Positions 29,839 through 38,938 of a stretch of DNA of 64,000 bases are shown piece by piece. The stretch is from a virus (taxonomy: Duplodnaviria > Caudoviricetes), in the IMG/VR virus record IMGVR_UViG_2908273394_000001, positions 1-64,000 of that record. One strand, written 5' to 3'. The notes under the pieces are model-generated. The model was given only the letters and a program-made list of their open reading frames with translations, did not search any database and was not told where the DNA came from. Each line of letters starts with the position of its first letter. Within the stretch, counting starts at the first letter, position 1. The translations under genes and the position numbers were made by a program.

Positions 29839-30190
29839 GGCCGCGAGTATTCCAGTGACCACCGGCAGCCTGGCGGGACACGCCAGCGCCCCGTCCAGAG
29901 CGCGGACCGGGGGCGCATGGGACGGGCCGACGATCACCCGACGAGGTCACGGGGCGCGCGGACAAGCAAAAGGCGCCCAGTCGAAACCGGACGCCGTTTT
30001 AGTGCGGAGTGGGCGCACCACACCCTCTGTCGGCCAGGGCAGACCCTGACATCGGTACAGTCCTCCGCAGACCGTTGGCTGTCACCATACTCCGACCGGG
30101 GCCCGTCAATGCAAGAACGGCCCGCCCGACATGCCGGTGCCCCCGTCCAGAGCGCGGAACGAGGGCGAGTGGGGCGGGTCGACGCCAGGT

Positions 30191-30484
30191 TCACTCCGTG
30201 GCGGTCTGCGGCGCATCCGGGTGGTAGACGTGGCACTTCAGGGTGGCGTCCAGAGTCGGGAAGTAGGTGCTGCCCTCGCCGGGGTCCTCGAGGCAGAGAG
30301 GAAGAACCGTTCCGCTGCTCTGGAGCACCCAGGCGACGACCCGCTCGGTCCATGTGGTGTCGGCGTCCTTGCGGGTGATCTTGATGAGCCAGCCGTCACC
30401 GGGTGAGGTGCTGATGGCGAAGCCTTCGGGGTGGCCCGTCAGGGTGTAAGGGCTGAACCCCGGGAGGATCTCTTCGGTCGTCAT
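30191..30484 (-). CDS. Hypothetical protein
   Basis: Clean ORF, typical codon bias. Confidence 0.55.
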   Translation of the reverse strand: MTTEEILPGFSPYTLTGHPEGFAISTSPGDGWLIKITRKDADTTWTERVVAWVLQSSGTVLPLCLEDPGEGSTYFPTLDATLKCHVYHPDAPQTATE

Positions 30485-30585
30485 GCCCTAGTAACGGCGT
30501 GCGAGCGTCAGGGTGACGGCCGCTGGGCCCGCCACCGACTCGTGACAGGCACCGCGGCCACCGAGGCCGGCCGCGACGCGTTGGC

Positions 30586-31680
30586 CTAGTCGTCCCAGCC
30601 GGCAGCGGGTAGCGGATTTGACGTGCGCCGTGACAGCCAGGAGCGCATGTCCACCCAGGACGGCAGCCACTCCGGCTGATAGCCGGGGCGGTCGTGGTAC
30701 GGGTAAGCCATCTCCACCAGAACAACAGCGCCCGTCGTGGATGGGACGCCGAGGAACTGCTCGCCGTCGGGACGCGTGCCCACGGCGGGGAGGCAGGTGT
30801 CGATGATCCGGCGGTCACGAGCTATCTGGGCGAGGCGATTGCCGTCTTGAGCGCACTCGGTCTCGTCGGCCACCAACTGCTCCTGTACCCATGCACCGAG
30901 CTGGAGCAGGTCATTGGCACCCCACACTGACCGACGCTTCGGCAGTACCGGCTTAGGGTGCTGAATGATCCTGTACCGGAGAGCCCGGACTCCAACCGCA
31001 GCTGAGCGTTCGACGTGGTCGGAGTCCTCCAGCTTCCGCAGGTGCTTGGCCATCGTTCCGCGGGTAAGTCCGACCGCTTGTGTTGCCTCAGTCAGGGTGA
31101 ACGTGTCGTCCCCGTACATCCTGCTGATCAGGAGGTGTACGAGATCCTGGCGATTTCGGGGCTGCCGAGGAAGCTCATCGTGCCTAGCGACGGCATGCAT
31201 CTCCCAGATCTTGGTCAGGAGCCCACGGTGCGCCATCGTGGTGAGCGCTGCGGTGATCGCAACTACGGGGATCCGGTACGTGGAGGAGAGTTCGCCATAC
31301 GGGGGAAGGATCGACCATTGCGGATACGTTCCTCGCTCCAGGTCTGTTTCGACGGCCTCGGTTGCTCGTGCGGTCTCGAACGCTAGGCGCTCACCTCGCT
31401 GGGGAGTGATGCCTCGGTTCCCGCTTCCGTCGTACTTCGGGTCCTCGGCCAACAAGGCCGCTTTCTCCACGGCTGCCGCCTCGCTGCGGGTTTCGTACCA
31501 GGTGACATTGCGCTTGACGACGTCCAACCACCAAGGTTGGAGTCGCTCGTGAGTTTTCCACCGCTCGTCGATGTCGTGGGTCATTCCCAGGTACAACAGC
31601 CGATCGTCAGCATCCCAGAACCTGTAGACCGCAGCTCGAGTTTCGGGAGCACGAGCGCCGTTGTCCGTGGAGCTAGTCAC
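30586..31680 (-). CDS. GIY-YIG-like nuclease / GntR-like wHTH / HTH / DUF6221-like fusion
   Basis: AVYRFWDADDRLLYLGMT...RW...H...WW...AVEKAA; LERGTYP...LPPYGELS; MAYPYHDRPGYQPEWLP. Confidence 0.72.
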   Translation of the reverse strand: MTSSTDNGARAPETRAAVYRFWDADDRLLYLGMTHDIDERWKTHERLQPWWLDVVKRNVTWYETRSEAAAVEKAALLAEDPKYDGSGNRGITPQRGERLAFETARATEAVETDLERGTYPQWSILPPYGELSSTYRIPVVAITAALTTMAHRGLLTKIWEMHAVARHDELPRQPRNRQDLVHLLISRMYGDDTFTLTEATQAVGLTRGTMAKHLRKLEDSDHVERSAAVGVRALRYRIIQHPKPVLPKRRSVWGANDLLQLGAWVQEQLVADETECAQDGNRLAQIARDRRIIDTCLPAVGTRPDGEQFLGVPSTTGAVVLVEMAYPYHDRPGYQPEWLPSWVDMRSWLSRRTSNPLPAAGWDD

Positions 31681-33104
31681 CGTACCCCCTGGTTCTCAGT
31701 CACGCGGCAGTCGGCGCACACCTCAACGGTGGCATCGGCGGGCAGCCAGCGACCACAACCGTCGCATTCGGGCCGGGAGCCGGCCGAATGGTCGACGACG
31801 ACACGCTGCCGCTGAGACGGCAGCGTACGGGCGGGGTCTGACACCGGCGGATGCTCGCAAGCAGCTTCGCGATCCGCCCGCCGGTCCTCGGCACGCATCA
31901 CACAGGAGACGCAGCCCTCGCCCGTGTGGACGTCGACTCGGTCGTCGCACGCCAGGCTCCCGCACTCCCCGGTGTCCTTCAGCATGGCCAGCAGCGGCCC
32001 GTACGGCTGCGCTGGGAGCTGCCCGGCGTAGAACCGCTCTGCCCAGTACCCGTTCCACCGCGCAAGCACCCGATGCTTGACAAGCTGCTGCGCGGTCCGC
32101 TCCCGTGGCTGCCCGGTCGCAAGCGCGTCCAAGACCGCGACAGAAACGTTCGGCGGCAGCCTGTTGCCGAGGGCGGCGTCTAGGTCCGGTGGCAGCAGGT
32201 CCCGTACGGCCTGCACTTGGTCTCGCTGCGCCCTCGACAACCGAGCTGAGTTCTTGCCGGACGCGGCGGAGCCGCTCGAGCCCGCGCCCCTACTACCTGT
32301 AGTTGGCCTACGGCGTTCATTGGGGGCTACGCCCCCGAAGGGGGCCTGCTCGTCTGGAAAAGAAGGCTCTGGAGTACCGGCTCTAGATAGGGCGTCACCC
32401 ATGACGCCACCGGTCACGTCACCAGTGACGCCACCAGTGGCGTCACTGGTGACGCTACCCCCATCTTCTTCGGCGCCTTCAGGGGTGGCCTCATCCATGA
32501 CGCCACCCCCCTTCTTGGGCTTCTTCCGCCGGGCCCGCTCCTTACGCCGCTGCTCCTCGCGCTTGGCCTGCTGGGCGCGCAGCTTCTCGTCATACGCGGA
32601 ATGCCAGCCCACCAGGTCGAAGTCCGGCGCGTGCTCGCTCACCCACGCGTCGACGTCCAGGCCAGGGATGGTGTGGCCGTACCGGGCAACGAGCTGCGGC
32701 GGGGTCCCCGCAGGCGGCGTGACGCCGTGGATCAACCAGGCGTCGAAGATCTCGTAGAGGTTGGCGTCGTTCTCGTCCGGCTTGCCTTCCACCTTGCGGC
32801 GGTGAATCTTCACCAGGCCGATCTCGTTCTCCAGGTAGTCGCCCGCGCGGTCCACGGTCTGCTTGGAGCAGTCGAGTGCGGTGGCCAGAGTCTCGCGGTA
32901 GGGATAGCCCTGGCCGGTGTCGCGGGAGCTGACGTCCGAGAAGCTCACCAGCAGGTCATACAGAGGCTTGGCCTTGCCCGCGTTGAGGCCGGCGTCCGGG
33001 TCGCGCGTGACGCAGACGGCGAACATACCGAAGCGGAGGCCGCTGGAGCCGGGTCGGCTCACGCCCGGGCGGTGTCCGTTGGAGGGGCGGCGCGACTGGG
33101 TCAC
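31677..33104 (-). CDS. Putative replication initiator (HTH, lambda O-like layout)
   Basis: YPYRETLATALDCSKQTVDR HTH, ANLYEI, internal DNA repeats, C-terminal Cys clusters. Confidence 0.7.
   Translation of the reverse strand: MTQSRRPSNGHRPGVSRPGSSGLRFGMFAVCVTRDPDAGLNAGKAKPLYDLLVSFSDVSSRDTGQGYPYRETLATALDCSKQTVDRAGDYLENEIGLVKIHRRKVEGKPDENDANLYEIFDAWLIHGVTPPAGTPPQLVARYGHTIPGLDVDAWVSEHAPDFDLVGWHSAYDEKLRAQQAKREEQRRKERARRKKPKKGGGVMDEATPEGAEEDGGSVTSDATGGVTGDVTGGVMGDALSRAGTPEPSFPDEQAPFGGVAPNERRRPTTGSRGAGSSGSAASGKNSARLSRAQRDQVQAVRDLLPPDLDAALGNRLPPNVSVAVLDALATGQPRERTAQQLVKHRVLARWNGYWAERFYAGQLPAQPYGPLLAMLKDTGECGSLACDDRVDVHTGEGCVSCVMRAEDRRADREAACEHPPVSDPARTLPSQRQRVVVDHSAGSRPECDGCGRWLPADATVEVCADCRVTENQGVR
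32392..32503. repeat. Four palindromic iterons, candidate origin
   Basis: GCGTCA-N4-TGACGC-like units starting at 32392, 32416, 32440 and 32488 (24-bp register). Confidence 0.75.
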
Positions 33105-33365
33105 AGTGCACCCCCGGCGGCCTGCCGGAGGTGCGGTTCGTGGCCTGCCGTACGGGCGACGCTGGCGGGGGCACTACTTGCCGCGCCGCGCGGGCCCGGT
33201 ACTCTCGTTTTCATGGACGGCCTCGCTCATGAGTGATGAGGGAACGTTCGATGCAGCGGGAGACCACCCGCTGTGGTGCTTCGAAGGCCGGTTGAGCTGC
33301 GAACTCGCCGGCCTTCGGCATGTCCGGGCTACCTCGAGCCGCGGTTATGTCGGTACGTATCCAGA

Positions 33366-33662
33366 TCACGAGGCGGCCCGCGTCGACCGCGGCGCCTTAT
33401 CGGGGCCTCGGCCCACGATGGGATGGGACTGGAAGAACTCCAGGAACGGCTTCGTCTCCATGACGTCAGCCCGGGCGATCTCCCAGTACGGGTACGGGCG
33501 GTCGATGCCGAAGGGCCAGTCGGGGTGCCGGTAGGCGATGCGTCGGACTCCCTCGCGCGTCATGTGCAAGCACAGGCCCAGGCGCATGAGGAGCTCGGCT
33601 CCGGTGGCGAAGGTAACGACCGGTGGAGTCTCGGTCACCGTGCGGGGGTCTTTCTCCTTCAT
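33366..33662 (-). CDS. Small putative DNA-binding protein
   Basis: VTFATGAELL...MTREGVRRIA...PDWPFG. Confidence 0.6.
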   Translation of the reverse strand: MKEKDPRTVTETPPVVTFATGAELLMRLGLCLHMTREGVRRIAYRHPDWPFGIDRPYPYWEIARADVMETKPFLEFFQSHPIVGRGPDKAPRSTRAAS

Positions 33663-33873
33663 CGGAGCCCCCGGTCTGCGATTTTTACGCCCCGAAGGAA
33701 TGCGAGAGTCACGCCAACAAGTAGTCTCAAGGCGACGGCCTTCCTTAGTGATGAGGGTTGGTGCGTCACGTGCTGCCGGCTCGCAGGCCGGTAGTGCAAA
33801 GGACGGCCGGGTGGGGTCGGTAGCCCCCTCGGCCGTTCGTGCGTCCAAGCTGGATGCTGGAACGCACCAAAGA

Positions 33874-34623
33874 TCAGGCGTTACCTCCTTCCTGCACATC
33901 TGCGCGGAGGGACGTGGTCCAGCGGAGGATGGTCGAGCCCTCCGCAACCTTGACGGCAACCTCCACGACGCGACCGTCTTCCAGCGTCACTGTGCGGACG
34001 ACCTGGGTGACGACGACCTCGCCAGCGGTCAGCCCCAGAGCTTCCTTCTCCGCCGCCGTGGCGAGCCGGCTGGTGACCTCCTCGAGGACCTGATCCTGAG
34101 CAAGCCCCAGGCGCGACGCCGCGAGCTCCCTCGAAGCACCAGTGGACACCGGCTCCTGCAGCTCAGGGGTCACCGCGATCACGTACGCCGGGTAGTAGCT
34201 GCTGCTCAGATGCACAGGTACACCGCCCCTGCTCACGACCCGTCGCCGCATTTGCACGGGCGTGCCAGGCGGAACGTCGAGACGCGGGGCCACCAGGGCG
34301 TCCGCGCCCACAGTGCCCACCTCAAGAATCCGCGACGACTCGCCCCCATCCAGGGCACTCCCTGTGGCCGCGTGCAAGGCGACCCGCGTACCGATGTTGT
34401 TGCTGGCCGGCGCGGCGACAATCATCTTCGCGCCCGGCTGGGCGAGGACCAATCCCTCCATCTTGAGGACCCGGTACGCACGGTTCACGGTCGTGTGCGC
34501 TACGCCGAACTGCTCCCTGGCGTTCTTGTAGCTCGGCATCTCGTCACCAGGGCGGAGCGTTCCGTCCTGGATCTGCTGCCGGTAGTACGCAGCGATCTCC
34601 GTATACCCGGGCTTCTTGGGCAT
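33874..34623 (-). CDS. GntR/UTRA regulator (KorA/TraR-like)
   Basis: YTEIAAYYRQQIQDGTLRPGDEMPS...FGVAHTTVNRAY...EGLV; UTRA-like C-terminus; divergent from the transfer operon. Confidence 0.9.
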   Translation of the reverse strand: MPKKPGYTEIAAYYRQQIQDGTLRPGDEMPSYKNAREQFGVAHTTVNRAYRVLKMEGLVLAQPGAKMIVAAPASNNIGTRVALHAATGSALDGGESSRILEVGTVGADALVAPRLDVPPGTPVQMRRRVVSRGGVPVHLSSSYYPAYVIAVTPELQEPVSTGASRELAASRLGLAQDQVLEEVTSRLATAAEKEALGLTAGEVVVTQVVRTVTLEDGRVVEVAVKVAEGSTILRWTTSLRADVQEGGNA

Positions 34624-34709
34624 GGCCTGCCTCCCTTCTCCTTCGTGTACTGCTCACTTCGTTGTGTGCAGCGGTATGCCCTCTGATCGTAGTTCACGAA
34701 AACTCGTAT

Positions 34710-34723
34710 CGCTACATGTAGCG
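34710..34723. promoter_or_regulatory. Palindrome in the GntR/transfer divergent region
   Basis: Perfect 14-bp CGCTACATGTAGCG. Confidence 0.55.
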
Positions 34724-34876
34724 CTGGAGAGGGATACTAGTCTACATTGGGGTTGTCGGAAACGGCGGGAGCCCAGAAACGCCGAAAGGCCCGGGTGCGC
34801 ATACACCCAGGCCTCTCAGGGACCCCGAAGGATCCGGCGCACCGTCCCACCTGCGCATACAGGAGGCCGATCCGCA

Positions 34877-35154
34877 TGAGCCAGGATCGCACGAAGTTCC
34901 CGCTCCTCCACCCCCGACCCGACGCTTTCGCCGAGGCGCTCCGCCGCTCCCGTGTCGCCGACCTCTCCGTGGTCCGGCCGGCGCGCCGGACGCTCGCCGA
35001 GATGGCCCCCGGCTACCAGCGGCAGCCGCTGCTCCGCCTCGTCCCGCTGAAGGCGGCCGACGACGCGTGTGCGATCTGCGGCAGCTGGAAGTGCACCGGC
35101 AACTGTTGGAGCGCCGCCCCGGCTCCCACGTCCGAGACGGCGGTCGCGGCATGA
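34877..35154 (+). CDS. Small Cys-motif protein, first gene of transfer operon
   Basis: AGGAGG RBS; CAICGSWKCTGNC. Confidence 0.6.
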
Positions 35155-35328
35155 CGGCGCAGCGCGGGGGAGACACCCCGGACCCGCTCCTCATCGCCGA
35201 GATCGAGGACTACTTCGCCCGCCTCGACCCGCTGGACCTCCTCGACGACGTCCTCGCCTCCAAGAACCCGGACGGCGCGGCCGCCGCCTACCAGCAGCTG
35301 GTCACCCGCGACTGGGACGGCGAGGAGT

Positions 35329-35754
35329 GATGGACAACCACCCCTCCACCCACATCCCGGGCCACGCGGCGCCGATTCCGTCCCGCACCAGCCCGGTCCC
35401 CCGCTCGACGACGAGGACGAGCTCGCCGGCGCCCTGGCCGACATGGTCGGCATCCACCCCGCGCTCGACCTCTTCGTAGACGCCATGCGGTTCCTGGCCG
35501 TCGACCGGCTGACCGCCGACCAGACCCAGTCCGCGCTCGTCACCCTCGCCGGTGCCGACGCCAGCGCGCTCGTCGTGATCGGACTCGTCGCGCAGCGCCT
35601 CACCAACCCCGACACCAACCCCGCGCTCAACACCCTCGACGCGGACACCGCGAAAGACGTCCGCCAGCTCGGCGAGCAGTTCGCGTACGACCTGGCCGTC
35701 CTCGACCCCGGCGACCGGCTCAACGAAGCCGCCGCCCGCATCGACGGCATCTGA
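35329..35754 (+). CDS. Hypothetical protein (5' part frameshifted)
   Basis: ORF 35443-35754 with strong codon bias. Confidence 0.5.
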   Translation, partial: DGQPPLHPHPGPRGADSVPHQPGPPLDDEDELAGALADMVGIHPALDLFVDAMRFLAVDRLTADQTQSALVTLAGADASALVVIGLVAQRLTNPDTNPALNTLDADTAKDVRQLGEQFAYDLAVLDPGDRLNEAAARIDGI

Positions 35755-35832
35755 CCCACCCCGCGCGACACGCACCACCCCCCTGGGGCCCGGCAACGGG
35801 CCGGGCCCCACCCCATCCGAAGGAGCACCGCC

Positions 35833-36081
35833 GTGTCCGAGACCACCACCCAGCCGACGAGCCCGGCCCCGGCTCCGCCGCAGCAGGGCAGCCACCACTG
35901 GGTGATGACGCTGGAACTGCCCGGCCGGGCGACGGTCACCGACTCCAACACCTGGACCCCGGCGCCCGGGTCTACCCGGTACGACGCCTTCGTGGGGATC
36001 AGGAAGGCCCTGACCGACAAGCACCCGGAGTTGATCAACGCGGTGTGCGTCTTCTTCTCGCTCGAGCGCAACACCCTCTGA
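35833..36081 (+). CDS. Small hypothetical protein
   Basis: AAGGAG RBS; TRYDAF...FFSLERNTL. Confidence 0.7.
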   Translation: MSETTTQPTSPAPAPPQQGSHHWVMTLELPGRATVTDSNTWTPAPGSTRYDAFVGIRKALTDKHPELINAVCVFFSLERNTL

Positions 36082-36324
36082 CCACCTCCCTGCGGGGTCC
36101 GGCCCGGAGCCGACAACGGGCCGGACCCCGCACCCTCTCGCCTCGAAGGAGTTCGTCATGGCCATCCCGACCCCCGCCGAGTTCCGCACCGCCCACGGCG
36201 ACCCCACCGACTGGTGCGGCCCCGAGATCGACGAATACCTCGACGACTGCCTCGCCCAGCTCCCCAACCCCACCAACCCGGCCCCGGCCATGCCGGCCGC
36301 CGCCTGACCCGCAAGGAGCCCGAC

Positions 36325-36513
36325 ATGCCCAGCAAGCAGACCGCCGCGGCCGCCGCAGTCGCCGCCGGCCAGAACCTCGTCAACACCGTCGCCCAGCACG
36401 GCCTCACCAGCCCCGAAACCCAGCAGGCCACCAACGCGGCCGCCGTCGCCCTCGACACCGCCGAAGCCGCCGGCTGCACCCGCGACGACTACGCCAACGC
36501 CCGCAACCGCTGA
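36325..36513 (+). CDS. Small hypothetical protein
   Basis: AAGGAG RBS; MPSKQTAAAA... Confidence 0.6.
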   Translation: MPSKQTAAAAAVAAGQNLVNTVAQHGLTSPETQQATNAAAVALDTAEAAGCTRDDYANARNR

Positions 36514-36552
36514 CCACCCGCCCCCTTCACCCGGAAGGACACCGATCCGCCG

Positions 36553-37658
36553 TGAACACCGACCACACCTCCGAGCAGCGGCAGCTGACCCGAGGGCAGA
36601 TCGTGGCCTTCACCGCTGCCACGATCCCGATGATTGCCGTCGGGGTCGGCGGCGGTATCGGCACCTACGCCAACGCCAAGGCCCAGCTCGGCAGCGGGCA
36701 GACCGCCCTCGGCATGCTCGCCGCCGGCGAAGGCGCCACCCTGATCGCCGCCATCGTCATGATCGCCGTGACCATGCTCGGCCAGGCCGCCCCCCGCACC
36801 GCCCGCGCCGCGCTCTGGCTGTTCCCCATCGCCGCCTCCGTCATGGGCCTCGTCATCGCCCCCGCTTTCCGCGAGGCCGTCATCTACGCCCTCACCCCCC
36901 TCGCCATGACGGCAGCAGCCGAAGGCGCCAGCTTCGTCGCCCGCCGCATCGTCACCTACACCACCCGCACCGACATGGAAGCTCAGCGCCGCAACTCCGA
37001 GCTCATGCGCCGGATCGCCTTCCACCAGGCTCAGGCCCAGCGCCACCCCTGGAAGTGGGTGCGGAACCGGTCGGAGCTCACCGCGTGGCGGCTCATGCGG
37101 AAGGTCGGCAGCGGCGACGCGCAGCTCGGCTCAGGGCTCATCAACGTGCAGCGCACCCGGCTCACCGATGGAGCCGACTCCGCCCTCCTGCTCATGCTCA
37201 CAGGCTCCCGTGAGCCGATCACGACTCACCCTGAGCCGCGCGCCCTGACCACCGGTGAGCCGACTCGTGAGACGGAGCCCAGCACCGTGAGCCTGGGCGG
37301 CCACACCACTCACGACAGTGAGCCCACCACCCCGCACCTCGCCGACCCCCGGCCAGCGCTCCACACCTCTGACCAGCGGATCTCACGTGAGCCGGTCTTG
37401 ATCCCGTCTGAGCCGACCCTCACCAAGGCCCCGACCCTCGCCCCTGAGACGACCCCCAGCGAGACGGATGAGCCGGACCTCACCGGAGTCGACGAGAAGG
37501 AGCGTCAGATCACCGTCCTGGCTCACCGGCTCAGGTCCGGTGAGTCGCTCACCAAGACCACCGCGGCTCAGCTTCTCGGCGTGAGCCCGGCGACCGCCGG
37601 CCGCCGTCTCAAGGACGCCCGCGACCGGATCACCGAAGGAACGGGGCTGTACCTGTGA
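36553..37658 (+). CDS. Spd-like membrane protein with C-terminal HTH
   Basis: About four hydrophobic helices, P/E/T-rich linker, LTKTTAAQLLGVSPATAGRRL. Confidence 0.7.
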
Positions 37659-37661
37659 GCC
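37028..37661. repeat. Dense TGAGCC/GGCTCA hexamer cluster
   Basis: About 10 TGAGCC and 8 GGCTCA counted by eye in about 630 bp. Confidence 0.75.
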
Positions 37662-38173
37662 ACAACCGCACCGCGCCGCGCCCACGGATGAGCCCCTCGT
37701 CCGCGGCGCCGCCCCGCGCCCTGCCCGACACCGCACGGCTCGTCGACGAAGCCCTCCGCCATCTGCGCCCCGACCCGCCCGGCGCGCCGCCCTGGTCCCA
37801 CCGCCTGATCCCGGGCCCGGTACGGCAGACACTCGCCGAACTCGGCTGGTGGAACAACCCCGTCCCGCAGCCGCCGTCCGGCCACCTCGACCAGGTCCTC
37901 GCCGTCCTGGAGAAGTACGGCTGGTGCCAGTCCCTCGACACCGACCTCCGCGGCCGGCTCTGCATCCGCGGCGCCCAGAACCTCCTGCAGAACACCGGTC
38001 ACGTCACGCCCGCCGCCCGCGCCCGGGCCGTCGACCACATGCAGACCGCCCTCCACCGGTCCGGGATCACCCTGTCGTTCTTCACCTGGAACGACCTCCC
38101 CGGACAGGAGTTTTCCCACGTCAGGACCCTGATCCGTACCGCCGCCCGCAATGCCCGACGACAAGGAGAGTGA
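37655..38173 (+). CDS. DUF6197-like transfer-region protein
   Basis: VLEKYGWCQ...LCIRGA...TWNDLPG. Confidence 0.7.
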   Translation: MSHNRTAPRPRMSPSSAAPPRALPDTARLVDEALRHLRPDPPGAPPWSHRLIPGPVRQTLAELGWWNNPVPQPPSGHLDQVLAVLEKYGWCQSLDTDLRGRLCIRGAQNLLQNTGHVTPAARARAVDHMQTALHRSGITLSFFTWNDLPGQEFSHVRTLIRTAARNARRQGE

Positions 38174-38176
38174 CCC

Positions 38177-38809
38177 GTGTCCACCCCCGGCCCCGACGAG
38201 TTCGACCAGATCATCAAGGGCTTCGACACCCCGCCCCCGAGCTACGCCCCCACCAGCGCCGCGTACGACCCGAACCCCTACGGCGTACCTGTCCAGCCGG
38301 TGAAGCCGGGCCTGACCAAGCGGGGGAAGGCCGCCCTCGGGATCGGCGTCGCCGTCCTGGCCGGCGGCAGCCTCATCGGCTACCAGAGCTACTCCGCGCA
38401 GGCCGCCGAAGACGCCGCCATCGCCAAGGAATTGGAGCTGAAAACGCAGGCGCTGCGCCTGGAGGAATTGAAGGAAATCAACCGGGCCAACGAAATCGGA
38501 CGGAAATCTCAGACCTCCGCCGAAACGGCTCGGCAGGCGTCCATCGATTCCTGCGTGAACAGCAACAAGGGCCTGGTCGGGAAGGGTTTCGGCTCCCCGA
38601 CCTACCGGCAGGTCATCGACGACTGCCAGGCCCAGTACGGCGGCGCGACCAACCTGGCCACCGACCTGCAGACCGCCAGTTCCACCACGGCCACCAACAC
38701 CGGCACGGACGGCGGCAGCGCCAACGGCGGCGCCCTCCTCGGCGTCGGCGCCCTCGGGCTGCTCCTGCTGTGGGGGGCCAGGAAGGGCGCCAAGCCCAGT
38801 CCCGCCTGA
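38177..38809 (+). CDS. Membrane-anchored coiled-coil transfer/spread protein
   Basis: KPGLTKRGK plus TM helix, coiled coil, C-terminal TM. Confidence 0.7.
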   Translation: MSTPGPDEFDQIIKGFDTPPPSYAPTSAAYDPNPYGVPVQPVKPGLTKRGKAALGIGVAVLAGGSLIGYQSYSAQAAEDAAIAKELELKTQALRLEELKEINRANEIGRKSQTSAETARQASIDSCVNSNKGLVGKGFGSPTYRQVIDDCQAQYGGATNLATDLQTASSTTATNTGTDGGSANGGALLGVGALGLLLLWGARKGAKPSPA

Positions 38810-38938
38810 CCTACTTACCACCCACCACTTCCCGGCGTTTTCCCCCTCTTCCCGCCCCGGAGAGCCCTTCAAGCAGGCGTTTTGGACGTTCTCCGGGCCC
38901 GGGAGGAAGGGAGGAGTACCGACAGAGAGGACCTTCTG

